From Candidatus Spyradenecus sp. (lineage in GTDB: Bacteria > Verrucomicrobiota > Verrucomicrobiia > Opitutales > UBA953): a DNA stretch of 64,000 nucleotides. The notes under the pieces are model-generated. The model was not told where the DNA came from. It was given only the letters and a program-made list of their open reading frames with translations, and did no database searches. The stretch spans positions 70,284-134,283 of the forward strand of contig JAZSKX010000013.1 in NCBI GenBank assembly GCA_045535075.1. The letters are read 5' to 3'. The position numbers and the translations under genes were made by a program. Below are positions 32,913 through 43,650 of the stretch, one piece after another; position 1 is the stretch's first letter; every line of letters begins with the position of its first letter.

Positions 32913-35900
32913 TTAGAAAGCGACATTCACGCCCAAATCAGCGCGATGCTCTTCATGTCCGGAACGCAGAATGCCGGTGTAGCCCGTGTAAAGTGAAACA
33001 TTCGTGTTTACGCGATAATTCAAATACGCTCCGAGATCGAAGGAAGAACGTTCCGCTTCTCGAGACGTCAGTTTTAAGTCCGATCGCGTTGAATACTGGT
33101 AGGCATCGACATCAATAACACTGTCGCCCAAGTCTAAATTCCATCCGGCGCGCAGGGTGATTTGCGTTGAATCGAAAGGCAGAAACGCCCACGAAAGCCC
33201 GAAAGTTCCCCGAGCCGCGAAAGTGTCGGCGGCATCAACCTTGAAGGCGTTTTCGTCGCCTTTTTCCCGGAAACTGTCCGTACGGGAATACGCCAATCGC
33301 AGTGCCGCATACGGACGAATTTCGCACCAGGCTTCCGGGCGGAACGTAACGCCGCCTTCGGCGAGCATGCCGAGTTGCCACGAATTGAAATCCGCTTCGG
33401 CGTTCCCGCGCTCGGAATCATTCATTGCGTATGCTCCCGAAAGCGCCAGCGTACCGTCGTAGCTTTCTCCGACGTGGCGGTAAAAGCCCATCAGCTCATA
33501 CGCATCAATATCGATTTTATGCGCATTTTCGCCGCTGTGTTTCATGCGTGCGCGGCTGTAGCCGAAAACCGCTCCGACTTCGTCTTCACTGCTTGTCGCA
33601 ACGCTCGAACCGAGCAACGCGCCCCAGCTGTGAATTCCGTAATCGAGATGATTTTCCCGCGCGTTCGCATTCGTGTGTCCGTATTGCGTTTGCACCCAGA
33701 AGTTATTCGTCAGCGCTTCTGCGGCGCGTCCGAATTCGCCCGGCGCAGATTCGTTGACCGGCGCGGGAACGCCCGGCTTATCATCGGAGGGATTGAAACG
33801 ATTTTTTCGCTCCAAATATTTGCGCATGTAACGGGAGGTTTCCTTCTTTTCGCCGAAAACGGAGGGGTGAATCGAAGCAACTTTGCCGTGTTCCAAACCG
33901 GCGCGCATAAAATCGTAGATGCGGAAAACGTTTTCGCGCACCAAATCGCCGTAGAGCGTCGTTTCGATTTTTCTTCCGTTTAATCCGAGGAAAACGTAGC
34001 TCCCGATTGCGTCATTCCACATGAAACGATCCGTAAGCAAATTCGACGCCGAATCCGTAATTTTCAAGCCGTCAAGTTGCCCGTTCTGAAGCCCCGCCAA
34101 TCCGGTAAATTCTTCGCCGGCGGCGTAATCGGCAGGCGTGATAACCAGCGTTCCCGCGAGCGAAATCGCACCGTCCGTTCCCGCAATTGCGGAAACATCC
34201 AATCCGGCACCCGGATTGATTACAAGTCTACCCGCTTCCGTTTGCGTCAGGCGGCTGCCGGACTCAATTACGGAATTCCCGCTAAAAGTCAGCGTTCCCG
34301 CGTTTGTGATGTTTCCGCCAAGCGAAGTTTCGCCTTCAACGTTAAGCTGTCCGGCAACTTCGTTTTTCAGCGTTCCCGCAGTCGAGACCCGCGCGCCTTT
34401 TTCTAAAGTCAAACGCCCCGCGTTGGTGACATTTCCGGTAACATGCGTTGCGCCCGAAAACGCGGTGCGATCATTGGACGCGACGGAAACATTTCCTGCG
34501 ATTTTTGCCACCGAAATTTTTCCCGAGCCGGAAACATCGCCTTGCAAAGTTCCCGCGCCGCTCACGCCCGCCGACGCGTAATTCTGAAGGCGCGCGCCGG
34601 CAACAAGCGTCGTTCCTTCCAAGATTTTCAAATCACCGCTGAGCGACACGCGCTGTTTCGTCGCGACATTATTGTCGTCCAAGCTATCAAGCAATTCGAT
34701 GACTTGCGTCGTTTTCCCGTCGCCGAACGTTGCGCTTGAGGTAACGGAGAGCGTTTCAATTTTCAGCGGATTTGCGGCACTTCCCGAAGCGGAAAGCGTT
34801 CCGCCGTCGACAACGACGTTTTTATAATCCAACCCGGCAAGATCGAGAGTCGTTCCCGCGGCAATGAAAATTCCGCTTTCAATTTTAACTCCGAAACCGA
34901 CAGAAAAATGCGATGCGACGAGTTTTTTGTTTTCCGAATCGTAGTAGGAATTAAACGCAATCGTGTCGTTTTTCTCCGTTTTGTCGAGAAGGACAAGCGT
35001 TCCCGCGCCCGAAACCGCAATATTTAATTCGTTTTCAGGATCAATCGCGTTCAGAGAATTCAGCAATAATTTCGTTCCCGCGCCCAAAGCCAGCGTCCCG
35101 GATTCCGCAAAATAAACGGCATCCGTCGTGACGTTAAACGGAGTCGAATTACTTCCTCCGACAAAGGAAACTGTGCCGTTTTTTTCGACGTGAATTTGTG
35201 ACACCGCCAGCGAAGCTTCCGTTTCGCCATTGGGGAAAACGGCGTTAAACGTGGCGTTCCCGCGAGTCGTCAGCGCTCCCGTAACGGTGTTTTTCCCCGA
35301 GACTTCGGAAAGAGCGTCGCTCCCGAAAATCAGTTTTCCCGTTGTTCCGACACGAATTTCGGAATCGGAAAGATTTACCGTTCCCGCAACCTCAAGGGTT
35401 CCGTCCAATGTCATTGAGGCAAAATTACAAAATGTCGCTCCGGAAGAAACGGTAAGTTTGGCTTCCGCATCTACGGCAACATTCGTCGCACGCGTTCCCG
35501 TGAGTGAAAATCCGTTTGCCAACGCGGTTTCTCCCGAGCGGAAGGCGAGATTGAATTTCCCGTCGAGCGTCGTTCCGTTCTGCGAAACGCTTTCAAGCTT
35601 CACTTCGTTGTCGCCGCTCCAAATGAAATCTCCGCCGTCGTTCGTTTTCTCAAGCGTAAAATCCGCGCCCTTGAGCGCAACGCGCAAGGGATCCGACAGC
35701 GTCACGGTTTCAAAGCTTTCCCGCGTCGTAACTTCATTACCTTCGGCGTCGGTTGTTGTCGAAAACGTTGCGCCGGAAGCAATGTTCAGATTCACATTTT
35801 TCGAAATAGCGTCGGGGGAAATTCCGTTCCCGACGCTAATTCCGTCGGCGGCTCCGTTTGCCGTGTTTCCGGAAACGGTCGTGTTCCCGCCGAGCGTCAG

Positions 35901-38591
35901 CGTTGTCGCCGCATTTCCGGAAGCGTCGATATAAATTGCGCCGCCGAGCGCCGTCGTTCCCGTAGCCGTGTTCCCAGAAATCGTCGCATTGTCCAAGCGG
36001 TAATTTCCGCCTTTAAGATAAAACGCGCCGCCGAGTGCCGTTCCGTTTTCCGAGCTTGCGGCATTTCCGGAAACCGTTGTTTTTGCGCCCGTAATTTCCA
36101 AGGACCCGGCAGCGTAAACGGCGCCGCCGAGCGCGGTTGCGCTACCGGAAGCCGTAGCACGGTTGTTCGAAAAATCCGCTCCGCCGGCGGCGGCAAACGT
36201 TCCCGTGAGGTAAAGCGCTCCGCCGGAAGCCTCGCGCGTTCCCGTAACGAAATTTTCGTCAAAGCCAGCATTGCCTTTTACGAAAAACGCGCCGCCCGAA
36301 TATACCGCGCCGCCACGGGAAATTTCGCCGTTCGCGTTGTTTGAGCGCAAATCAACCGATTGGGCGTCAAACGTTCCCGACGAAAGATAAATTGCGCCGC
36401 CGCGGGCAGAGCCGAGAGCCGTCGTTCCCGCAAGATCCGTTGCGGAAGCACGGTTATTTTCAAAACGAAGGTCGCGAGCAGACAGCGTCGCGCCGGAAAG
36501 ATAAATCGCGCCGCCCTGCGCGCTTGCATTAGCGCCGTAAGTCGTCGCCGTGTTTTTCGTAAATGTGGCGTCGCCGAGTGCCAGAGTTCCCGCGGAATAG
36601 ATTGCTCCGCCGGCGGCAAGCGAAACGGCATCGCTCGCGGTTCCGCCAGCAGTCAAACTTGTCGAAACCGAATTTCCGGAAAAATCCGCCGCGCCCGAGA
36701 TTTCCGTTTTCGCATTGCGGGAAAGTTGCGCAACCGCGCCGCCTCGGGCGGAAGATCCCGAAATCTCGCTTGAAACGCTCGCCGCGTTTTCCGAGAAAAC
36801 AAGCTTAGCCGCGCCCGTCGCCGTGTAAGATTGCGTTCCTCCCATTTGTGCAATCGCTCCGCCGGAAACGGCGATCGTCTCATTTCCGGAAGCCGTTCCC
36901 GACGCCGTGTTTTTTTCAAAAATCCAACTCGAAGAAAAATCCGCTTTCAGCGTTCCCGCGTCTTGTGCGATTGCACCGCCGGAAGCCGTTCCCGCACCGT
37001 TTGCCGATGCCGAGTTTTTTAAAAACTTCCAAGTTCCGCTCTCTGAAAACAGCGCTTCGGTTTTCGCTCCACCAAGATAAACGGCTCCTCCGGCGGCACG
37101 CGTTCCCGCCACGGAAACCGATGCCGAATTTCCGGAAAAATCAAGTTTGCCGACGCCGGAGATGTTCAGTTTCCCGCCCGTCGCAGCAATCGCACCGCCG
37201 AGCGCCTCGGGAACGAAATTCACCGTTGCCGTCGCTCCGTTTTCTTCCACTTGTTTTTCCATGCTTTTTCCGGCGACGGAAACCGAATTTTCGGAAAAAG
37301 CGAATACGGAATTGCTCGTTCCCGTAAATTCCGCGAGGGCATTTTCACCGGCGATAATAATCGCGCCGCCGAGCGCAGAAGAACCGTCCGCACTCGCCGA
37401 TGCCGCATTCTTCGAGAATGAGAGCGTTCCCGCAGCGGATTTTAAAGTTGAATTTTCGAGATAAAGCGCGCCGCCGGCTGCCGTGTTGCATTCGCCGAGA
37501 GTTTCCGCTCGATTGTTCGAAAACGAGAGTTCGGAGTTTGCGTCAAAATTTGCAATCGACGCACTCGCAAGCACCCAAGCCCCGCCCACGGCTGTTCCCG
37601 TGCGCGCTGAAGCCGTATTCCCGGAAAACGCCAAATGTGAGTTTTTCGCATTGATTGCGCCCGAGACAAAAACCATCGCGCCGCCTTGCGCACTTTCTCC
37701 GATCGCGTGATTGTTATTAAAATTGAGATACGTTCCTTCGCCCAAAAACATGCCGTATTCTTCCGGCTTTTTCTGTGAAGATGTTACGTAAACGGCTCCG
37801 CCGAACGCGTCGGCATCCTTCGATTCCGCCTTGTTGCCGGAAAAATTCACCGCGTTCCCGCCTTGGACTTTCAAGCTTCCGTTCAAGAATGCGACACCGC
37901 CGGCGGCCGCATTTTTGTTTTCCGTTGTCGCGGAAGTCGCCGGATCATTGAGCGTCAGCGTATCTCCGTAAGTTGTAATTCCCGAAAACGTAATCGCCCC
38001 GGATCCGGCGTCCAAGACAATCACATCTGCAGTGTTTGAAGAATAGAAAATTCCTCCGGAAGCCGCATTACTTGTCTTTTCGTTAGCAGAGAAAAACCGA
38101 TCGGAAAAAACCGTGTCGCCCTTCACCGTTACCGACGCAGCAGCAAGAATTGCAAAGCGCCCGTCGGCATTATCCGCTCCCGTTCCCGCGCCGGAAATCG
38201 TAAGGTTTGAGAATGAGTATGCGAGAGTTCCGAACCCGAAAAGATCTCCCGCTCCGTCGCTTCGAAGCAGTGTCGAAGCGCTCCCGTTCCCCGTCAGCAA
38301 AACGTTTGTCGCGACAGGAATGACGGTGCCGTTCGGATTGGATGCAGACACAATTCCGGGGTCGACGGGAACGATCAGTTCTGCGGGAGTGATTTTAAGC
38401 GTATAGCCGTCGTAAAGTGCTTTTTGTGCCGTGCCGTCGGCGCTTTTTTCCGTCGCCGTCAGGACTTCCCGCAGGCTCGCGGCATCCGGAATTTCTTTGA
38501 CGGGAGCGCTTTCTCCCCATACGGGAAGCCATGCGGCGGACATCAGCGCGATTAAGGAAAATGTGTTCTTGGAAAACTCGGATACAGCCAT
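32913..38591 (-). CDS. Large autotransporter with Pmp-like GGA(I/L/V) and FxxN repeats
   Basis: Signal peptide; repeated FSxNxA...GGAI/VY units; A/G/S/T/N-rich passenger; amphipathic C-terminal beta-barrel ending in F. Confidence 0.88.
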   Translation of the reverse strand: MAVSEFSKNTFSLIALMSAAWLPVWGESAPVKEIPDAASLREVLTATEKSADGTAQKALYDGYTLKITPAELIVPVDPGIVSASNPNGTVIPVATNVLLTGNGSASTLLRSDGAGDLFGFGTLAYSFSNLTISGAGTGADNADGRFAILAAASVTVKGDTVFSDRFFSANEKTSNAASGGIFYSSNTADVIVLDAGSGAITFSGITTYGDTLTLNDPATSATTENKNAAAGGVAFLNGSLKVQGGNAVNFSGNKAESKDADAFGGAVYVTSSQKKPEEYGMFLGEGTYLNFNNNHAIGESAQGGAMVFVSGAINAKNSHLAFSGNTASARTGTAVGGAWVLASASIANFDANSELSFSNNRAETLGECNTAAGGALYLENSTLKSAAGTLSFSKNAASASADGSSALGGAIIIAGENALAEFTGTSNSVFAFSENSVSVAGKSMEKQVEENGATATVNFVPEALGGAIAATGGKLNISGVGKLDFSGNSASVSVAGTRAAGGAVYLGGAKTEALFSESGTWKFLKNSASANGAGTASGGAIAQDAGTLKADFSSSWIFEKNTASGTASGNETIAVSGGAIAQMGGTQSYTATGAAKLVFSENAASVSSEISGSSARGGAVAQLSRNAKTEISGAADFSGNSVSTSLTAGGTASDAVSLAAGGAIYSAGTLALGDATFTKNTATTYGANASAQGGAIYLSGATLSARDLRFENNRASATDLAGTTALGSARGGAIYLSSGTFDAQSVDLRSNNANGEISRGGAVYSGGAFFVKGNAGFDENFVTGTREASGGALYLTGTFAAAGGADFSNNRATASGSATALGGAVYAAGSLEITGAKTTVSGNAASSENGTALGGAFYLKGGNYRLDNATISGNTATGTTALGGAIYIDASGNAATTLTLGGNTTVSGNTANGAADGISVGNGISPDAISKNVNLNIASGATFSTTTDAEGNEVTTRESFETVTLSDPLRVALKGADFTLEKTNDGGDFIWSGDNEVKLESVSQNGTTLDGKFNLAFRSGETALANGFSLTGTRATNVAVDAEAKLTVSSGATFCNFASMTLDGTLEVAGTVNLSDSEIRVGTTGKLIFGSDALSEVSGKNTVTGALTTRGNATFNAVFPNGETEASLAVSQIHVEKNGTVSFVGGSNSTPFNVTTDAVYFAESGTLALGAGTKLLLNSLNAIDPENELNIAVSGAGTLVLLDKTEKNDTIAFNSYYDSENKKLVASHFSVGFGVKIESGIFIAAGTTLDLAGLDYKNVVVDGGTLSASGSAANPLKIETLSVTSSATFGDGKTTQVIELLDSLDDNNVATKQRVSLSGDLKILEGTTLVAGARLQNYASAGVSGAGTLQGDVSGSGKISVAKIAGNVSVASNDRTAFSGATHVTGNVTNAGRLTLEKGARVSTAGTLKNEVAGQLNVEGETSLGGNITNAGTLTFSGNSVIESGSRLTQTEAGRLVINPGAGLDVSAIAGTDGAISLAGTLVITPADYAAGEEFTGLAGLQNGQLDGLKITDSASNLLTDRFMWNDAIGSYVFLGLNGRKIETTLYGDLVRENVFRIYDFMRAGLEHGKVASIHPSVFGEKKETSRYMRKYLERKNRFNPSDDKPGVPAPVNESAPGEFGRAAEALTNNFWVQTQYGHTNANARENHLDYGIHSWGALLGSSVATSSEDEVGAVFGYSRARMKHSGENAHKIDIDAYELMGFYRHVGESYDGTLALSGAYAMNDSERGNAEADFNSWQLGMLAEGGVTFRPEAWCEIRPYAALRLAYSRTDSFREKGDENAFKVDAADTFAARGTFGLSWAFLPFDSTQITLRAGWNLDLGDSVIDVDAYQYSTRSDLKLTSREAERSSFDLGAYLNYRVNTNVSLYTGYTGILRSGHEEHRADLGVNVAF

Positions 38592-38815
38592 CAGTAAAAA
38601 AATCTAAGCACGAAAGTCTAAACACTTCCCGAAAGCGCGCAACTGATTCTTTTAGTTTATCTCAATTGCTACGAAAAGTCTCCACTTCCGTGAGTCGCCT
38701 TCTCGCCTGCGGCGGGCTCCCGGAGCGTTCCCGCGAATCGAAACCAAGCTACACTTTCGCGACATGGGTTTTTGCTCGCGTTCCCGCGGTGCGCGGCGTT
38801 TAAATTTTTCCCGCT

Positions 38816-39736
38816 ATGAAAACCTTTGAAAAAGACGGACGAACTTTCCAACAATGGCGCGTCGGCGCTTCCACTTTCACTGCCTGCATGACGCTCGGCG
38901 CCCGCCTGATGAGCTGGGATCTCGATGTCGCGGGAACGCGGCGACAAGTAATTCTTTGGCCCGAGAATGCGGACTTTTCCGCCTATCGCAAAATTCGCGG
39001 CGGCAACCCGATTCTGTTCCCGTTCATGGGACGCAATTATGCCGACGGAAAGCGGTTTTTCTGGAAAAATCCGGTCGACGGCGTGGTGCGTCCGATGCCG
39101 CAGCACGGCTATGCGGTGGACGGAAAATTTGAAATCGTCGAAGCGACGGAAAATTCCGTGAAGGTAAAATATCTGCCGGACGAAGCGGCGCGCGAAGGCT
39201 ATCCGTTCGATTACGATTTCTTCGTCACGTATCGCTTTGCGGAGCTTTCGCTCGAATGTGAATTTGAACTCGTCAACCGCGGGAACGTGCGCCTTCCGTG
39301 GTGCGCCGGGCATCATTTTTATTTTGCGATGCCGTGGCATGCGGAGCTTTCCCGCAAGGATTATGTGCTGAAAATCGATGCCAAAAAATTCTGGCATCAC
39401 GCGTCGGATGGTTCGCTCGTCAAGGCAGACGCGCCGCGCGAGCCGGTTTCTTTCGGCGATCCCGAAATTTGCGATTTGCTTTACACGAAGCTGAAAACGA
39501 ATCGCGTTGCGTTCGGTCCGAAAAACGGCGAGGAAAACGTCGTTGTGCGCGTCGGCGAAAACGAAGTACCTACGCCGTGGACGACCGTCGTTACATGGTC
39601 GGAAAGCGAAGACGCGCCGTTTTACTGTGTGGAGCCGTGGATGGGCGCGCCGAACAGCTGCGAGCACGGGAACGGCTTGCATTTCGTTGAGCCCGGAGCT
39701 TCCGAAACTTTTAAAGTTGCCGTTTCGCTGCAGTAA
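38816..39736 (+). CDS. Aldose 1-epimerase (galactose mutarotase-like) family protein
   Basis: RGGNPILFP, MPQHG, GHHFYF, FYCVEPW. Confidence 0.88.
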   Translation: MKTFEKDGRTFQQWRVGASTFTACMTLGARLMSWDLDVAGTRRQVILWPENADFSAYRKIRGGNPILFPFMGRNYADGKRFFWKNPVDGVVRPMPQHGYAVDGKFEIVEATENSVKVKYLPDEAAREGYPFDYDFFVTYRFAELSLECEFELVNRGNVRLPWCAGHHFYFAMPWHAELSRKDYVLKIDAKKFWHHASDGSLVKADAPREPVSFGDPEICDLLYTKLKTNRVAFGPKNGEENVVVRVGENEVPTPWTTVVTWSESEDAPFYCVEPWMGAPNSCEHGNGLHFVEPGASETFKVAVSLQ

Positions 39737-39753
39737 AAATTTTAGCGCTTAAA

Positions 39754-39791
39754 ATAAAACCGCAGTCTGCGCACGCAAACTGCGGTTTTAT
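39754..39791. terminator. Bidirectional terminator between convergent genes
   Basis: ATAAAACCGCAGT...ACTGCGGTTTTAT. Confidence 0.8.
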
Positions 39792-39809
39792 GTTAGGCTC
39801 CGAATTCTC

Positions 39810-40412
39810 TTAGAACCAGGAACTGTCTTCTTCCAGCTCCTTAATGCGATCGCGGGAAATTTTGAGCTCGGTTTCGACGGCGAAATAATCCTCTTTGAGA
39901 TTTTCCAGCTCGGTCTCACGAGTCGCAAGCGCAGCTTCCAACTCCTTCGTCAGGCGGCGGGAACGCACCAATTCGCCGTTGAGATCGTCATAACGTTTCT
40001 TTTCGTCTTCAAGCAACTTTTCCAAGTCGGAGGCACGCGTTTTTTCAGCCGACAACGCTTTCTCCGCAAGGGAACGCTCGGCTTCCGCCGATTCTTTTTC
40101 TTTCACTGTTGCGTCGGAAAAAAGCTTCATTTTTTCCAGGTCATTATCTTTGACGATCATCGAATTTTTCAGCGACTCATTTTCTTCGAGAAGCTTCTTT
40201 TCGTCTTCGATTGCCTCAAGATTAATTTTCTCAAGCGAACGCACTTGTTCCTTGAGCGAATAGACTTCTCGATTAGCGCTCCTCAAACGCAAAACGTCCG
40301 CACGCGTTTCTTCGCCTTCTGCCGAAAAATTTGACGATTCCAAAGCGAAATAAACGGCAAGCGCCGCAAGAAATACATTCGAGAGTAGAAGGTAGACGGT
40401 CGATTTTTTCAT
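39810..40412 (-). CDS. Hypothetical membrane-anchored coiled-coil protein
   Basis: N-terminal hydrophobic segment, then E/K/L-rich heptads; ATG at 40412. Confidence 0.7.
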   Translation of the reverse strand: MKKSTVYLLLSNVFLAALAVYFALESSNFSAEGEETRADVLRLRSANREVYSLKEQVRSLEKINLEAIEDEKKLLEENESLKNSMIVKDNDLEKMKLFSDATVKEKESAEAERSLAEKALSAEKTRASDLEKLLEDEKKRYDDLNGELVRSRRLTKELEAALATRETELENLKEDYFAVETELKISRDRIKELEEDSSWF

Positions 40413-40478
40413 ACGAATTTTTGAGTATTTCGTTCTATTAAATCGGGCTTCGAGGCGACTCGCAAGCAAACGTTCCCG

Positions 40479-41222
40479 TTAAACCGTTCCCGCGACGGAA
40501 AACAGGCGCGCAATCCAATCCGCAAAATGAATCAGTGGAGAAAACGTCGCTTCAAAGATCGGACGGAAAATGTAAGAAAGGAAAGAATTTCCCGGCGACG
40601 GCAAAAGAATCAGCGCAAGCAAAATCCACCAAGCGTTGGCAGCAATTTTGTAATACGTTTCTTCCTTCATTTTCGCCGCATAGAACATCAGTCGGGAACC
40701 GTCCAACGGCGGAATCGGCAAAAGATTAAAAATCATCAACGCCAAGTTAAGTTGAATGAACAAAACAAAAAACGTAACCGGATCCGCATTTTCCGTTCCG
40801 AAAATTCCGGCATACGCTCCCAGCAAAATTGCCCCGATGAATGCCAAAATCAGATTCATCGCGGGACCGGCGAGCGTCGTCAAAATATCGTCTTTCATGC
40901 GCGTTTCGCGATTCGGGAGCGAAACCAAGACCGGCTTTCCCCAGCCGAAAATAAATTGCGGGAGCCCGCCCAAGAGTGCGGGAACAAAAATCATCAATGC
41001 CGGAATAATCAGCGTTCCCGTACGATCGGCATGTGCGAGCGGATTAAGCGTTACGCGCCCCATGCGTCGCGGGAGCGGATCCCCGCATTTGTCCGCCGCC
41101 CATGCGTGCCCGAACTCATGTAATGAGATCGAAATTACAAGCGAGATAAAAAGCAACGCCGCCCAACGCAGATTCTCCAAGAATCCGCCCTGAGCCGCCA
41201 AAAGGTAAAATGTATTTGTCAT
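40479..41222 (-). CDS. Site-2 protease family (M50) membrane metalloprotease
   Basis: HEFGH, TLNPLAH, AGPAMN, NLLPIPPLDG. Confidence 0.92.
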   Translation of the reverse strand: MTNTFYLLAAQGGFLENLRWAALLFISLVISISLHEFGHAWAADKCGDPLPRRMGRVTLNPLAHADRTGTLIIPALMIFVPALLGGLPQFIFGWGKPVLVSLPNRETRMKDDILTTLAGPAMNLILAFIGAILLGAYAGIFGTENADPVTFFVLFIQLNLALMIFNLLPIPPLDGSRLMFYAAKMKEETYYKIAANAWWILLALILLPSPGNSFLSYIFRPIFEATFSPLIHFADWIARLFSVAGTV

Positions 41223-42160
41223 AATGATTGTTCTTTATTGTTAAAAAGTTTTCTTTTTTCAAAGATAATTTTTCGAATATTTTCGCGGGAATAAATCAGG
41301 CGTTCATCGGCAACGCTCCCAAGGATTTTCTCCGCCTCGTCAAACCTTCCCAACTCGGCACAAGCGCGCGCCCGATGCAACTCTAAACTTTCCAACATGA
41401 GGATTTGTTCAGCAGGATTCGTGCCTTCTTTTACAAAAACTTCAAATATTTTTTCGGCGACATTCCACGCATCGAGCGCCGCCCTCCAATCGGGATTTTC
41501 GACATCATAAAACGATTCCGCGTAGCGCATCGCCGCAGGAAGCGAACGCGGCATCAGTGAACGCGCCGCGCGAAACGCATTTTGCATCGCGAAATCAAGC
41601 TCTTCGCGCGTTTCAAAAACTTTACCCGCAAGCAATTTTTCGCGAAATGCCGCAATCAACTCGCCCAACTGAACTTGGTAAACCGCCTGTCCCGGCTCCG
41701 CTTCAACAGCCTTTCGCATCAAAGGAAGTGCTTTTACCGCGTCGCCCTGCTCTGCGGCAATTGCAGCGAGTTGCTGATAAATCACTGCCCAACCCGGTTC
41801 GATTTTCAACGCTTTTTCGAAAAGCTCCCGTGCTCCGGCATCATCGCCGCCGTCGCGCAGGAATTTGGCATAAAGCACAAGTGTTTCGGCATCCTCCGGG
41901 AATTGAAGAAGCATATTTTCGTAACGCGCCGCAATCGGCGCCAAACGGCGGGAACGCTCCAAATCCGGAATTTCCGAATGCTCGAATTCCGCGTAGATTT
42001 CACGCAACTCTTTCCCGATTGCGAGCAACTCAGCCCGGCGATGGCGTTCCCGCGCGTCTTCAAGCGCAGCATCGACGGCACAATCCGGCGTTCCCGCGCT
42101 TAAACGCAGCACAAACGGGAATGCCGCCATCACGGCGATCAGAAGACTCAAAAAACGCAT
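41219..42160 (-). CDS. Exported tetratricopeptide-repeat protein
   Basis: Signal peptide; TPR-like helices (A..LFEKAL.IEP, A...MRKAVEAEP). Confidence 0.72.
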   Translation of the reverse strand: MRFLSLLIAVMAAFPFVLRLSAGTPDCAVDAALEDARERHRRAELLAIGKELREIYAEFEHSEIPDLERSRRLAPIAARYENMLLQFPEDAETLVLYAKFLRDGGDDAGARELFEKALKIEPGWAVIYQQLAAIAAEQGDAVKALPLMRKAVEAEPGQAVYQVQLGELIAAFREKLLAGKVFETREELDFAMQNAFRAARSLMPRSLPAAMRYAESFYDVENPDWRAALDAWNVAEKIFEVFVKEGTNPAEQILMLESLELHRARACAELGRFDEAEKILGSVADERLIYSRENIRKIIFEKRKLFNNKEQSL

Positions 42161-42445
42161 CTTTGCATTTTCGGCTAAAAAAAATCCTCAGACAAATATT
42201 TTTTGTCTTGGCTACCGCCTGCCGCGTCGTATTCCGCAGACTCACGTATTTTGCGATTATCGATGAACGGAGCTTTCAGAAAACATTGATGCGGAAAATA
42301 TCCGGGAAAAACCTCATTTATCACCGTAAAATGACTTTCGTCGTGTTCGATTTCATATTTTTCTCCCGCGCTATCGGCGTTGCGCGCGGGAACGCGGTTT
42401 TTGGGTTGCGCGAAAACGGATTTTTTTCTCATGATTTCCGCCACT

Positions 42446-43639
42446 ATGGCAAAACAAGTTGTCTCTCCCCGCGTCCGCGGATTCGTCTGCATTACGTCTC
42501 ATCCGGAAGGCTGCGCCGCTCATGTCCGCGAGCAAATTTCCTATGTTAAAAGTCGCCCGGCGATTAAGAACGGGCCGAAAAACGTCCTCGTTATCGGGGC
42601 TTCTACGGGCTACGGCTTGGCATCGCGCATTTCCGCTGCCTTCGGTGCCGGAGCGAACACTTTCGGCGTTTATTTTGAACGCCCGTCCTCCAACGGGAAA
42701 CCGGCTTCCGCCGGCTGGTACAACACCGCCGCATTCGAAGCCGAAGCTCGCAAGGCCGGTCTTTATGCCGCATCCGCCAACGGAGATGCCTTTTCCTCAG
42801 AATTGAAAACGCAGGTTATCGACCGCCTCAAAAAGGAAATGCCGCAAATTGACCTCGTTGTTTACTCGCTTGCCGCTCCGCGCCGCACCGATCCCGTGAC
42901 GGGAGAAGTTTACAAATCCGTTTTGAAAACCGTCGGCGAGCCCTTTGTCTCCAAGAACCTTGATACGGACAAAAAAATCGTCAACGAAGCCACGATTGAA
43001 CCGGCAAACGCAGAAGAAATCACGGCAACGGTGAAAGTTATGGGCGGCGAAGACTGGAAACTCTGGATGGAAGCGCTGGACGAAGCCGGCTTGCTCGCGG
43101 AAGGTTGCCAGTCGGTGGCTTATTCTTACATCGGACCGTCGCTGACTTGGCCGATTTACAAGGACGGCTCCATCGGACAGGCGAAAAAAGACCTCTACGC
43201 CAAGGCCAAAGAGATTGATGCGATTTTGAAAATTAAACGCGGCCGCGCATTTGTGTCCGTCAACAAAGCGCTTGTGACGCAGGCGTCTTCGGCGATTCCG
43301 GTTGTTCCGCTCTATATTTCGATTCTTTTTAAAGTTATGAAAGCGAAAGGGCTTCACGAAGGTTGCATCGAGCAGATTCAGCGCCTTTTTGAAACTCAAA
43401 TGTACAACGACAATTTCCTCGCGTTTGACGAATCCGGACTCGTTCATATCGACGACTGGGAAATGCGGGAAGATGTCCAAAAAGAAGTTTTCGAAATCTG
43501 GCCGAAAATCACGACCGAAAACCTTACGGAGCTCGCGGATCTCGACGGCTACCAAAGCGAGTTCCTGAAGCTTTTCGGCTTCGGAGTTGACGGGGTGGAT
43601 TACTCGCAGGAAGTCGAAGTTGAAGTTCCCATTGCCTAA
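42446..43639 (+). CDS. fabV: Enoyl-ACP / trans-2-enoyl-CoA reductase FabV
   Basis: PRVRGFVC, GASTGYGLASRI, GDAFS, VMGGEDW, TQASSAIP, HEGCIEQ; ATG at 42446. Confidence 0.94.
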   Translation: MAKQVVSPRVRGFVCITSHPEGCAAHVREQISYVKSRPAIKNGPKNVLVIGASTGYGLASRISAAFGAGANTFGVYFERPSSNGKPASAGWYNTAAFEAEARKAGLYAASANGDAFSSELKTQVIDRLKKEMPQIDLVVYSLAAPRRTDPVTGEVYKSVLKTVGEPFVSKNLDTDKKIVNEATIEPANAEEITATVKVMGGEDWKLWMEALDEAGLLAEGCQSVAYSYIGPSLTWPIYKDGSIGQAKKDLYAKAKEIDAILKIKRGRAFVSVNKALVTQASSAIPVVPLYISILFKVMKAKGLHEGCIEQIQRLFETQMYNDNFLAFDESGLVHIDDWEMREDVQKEVFEIWPKITTENLTELADLDGYQSEFLKLFGFGVDGVDYSQEVEVEVPIA

Positions 43640-43650
43640 GCTTTCCGACA

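Noticed and set aside
42161..43650. Cobalamin riboswitch for nrdJ
   Set aside because: Only 11 bp precede nrdJ; GGGAA strings upstream of fabV lack the accompanying B12-box and are partly explained by the ubiquitous 9-mer
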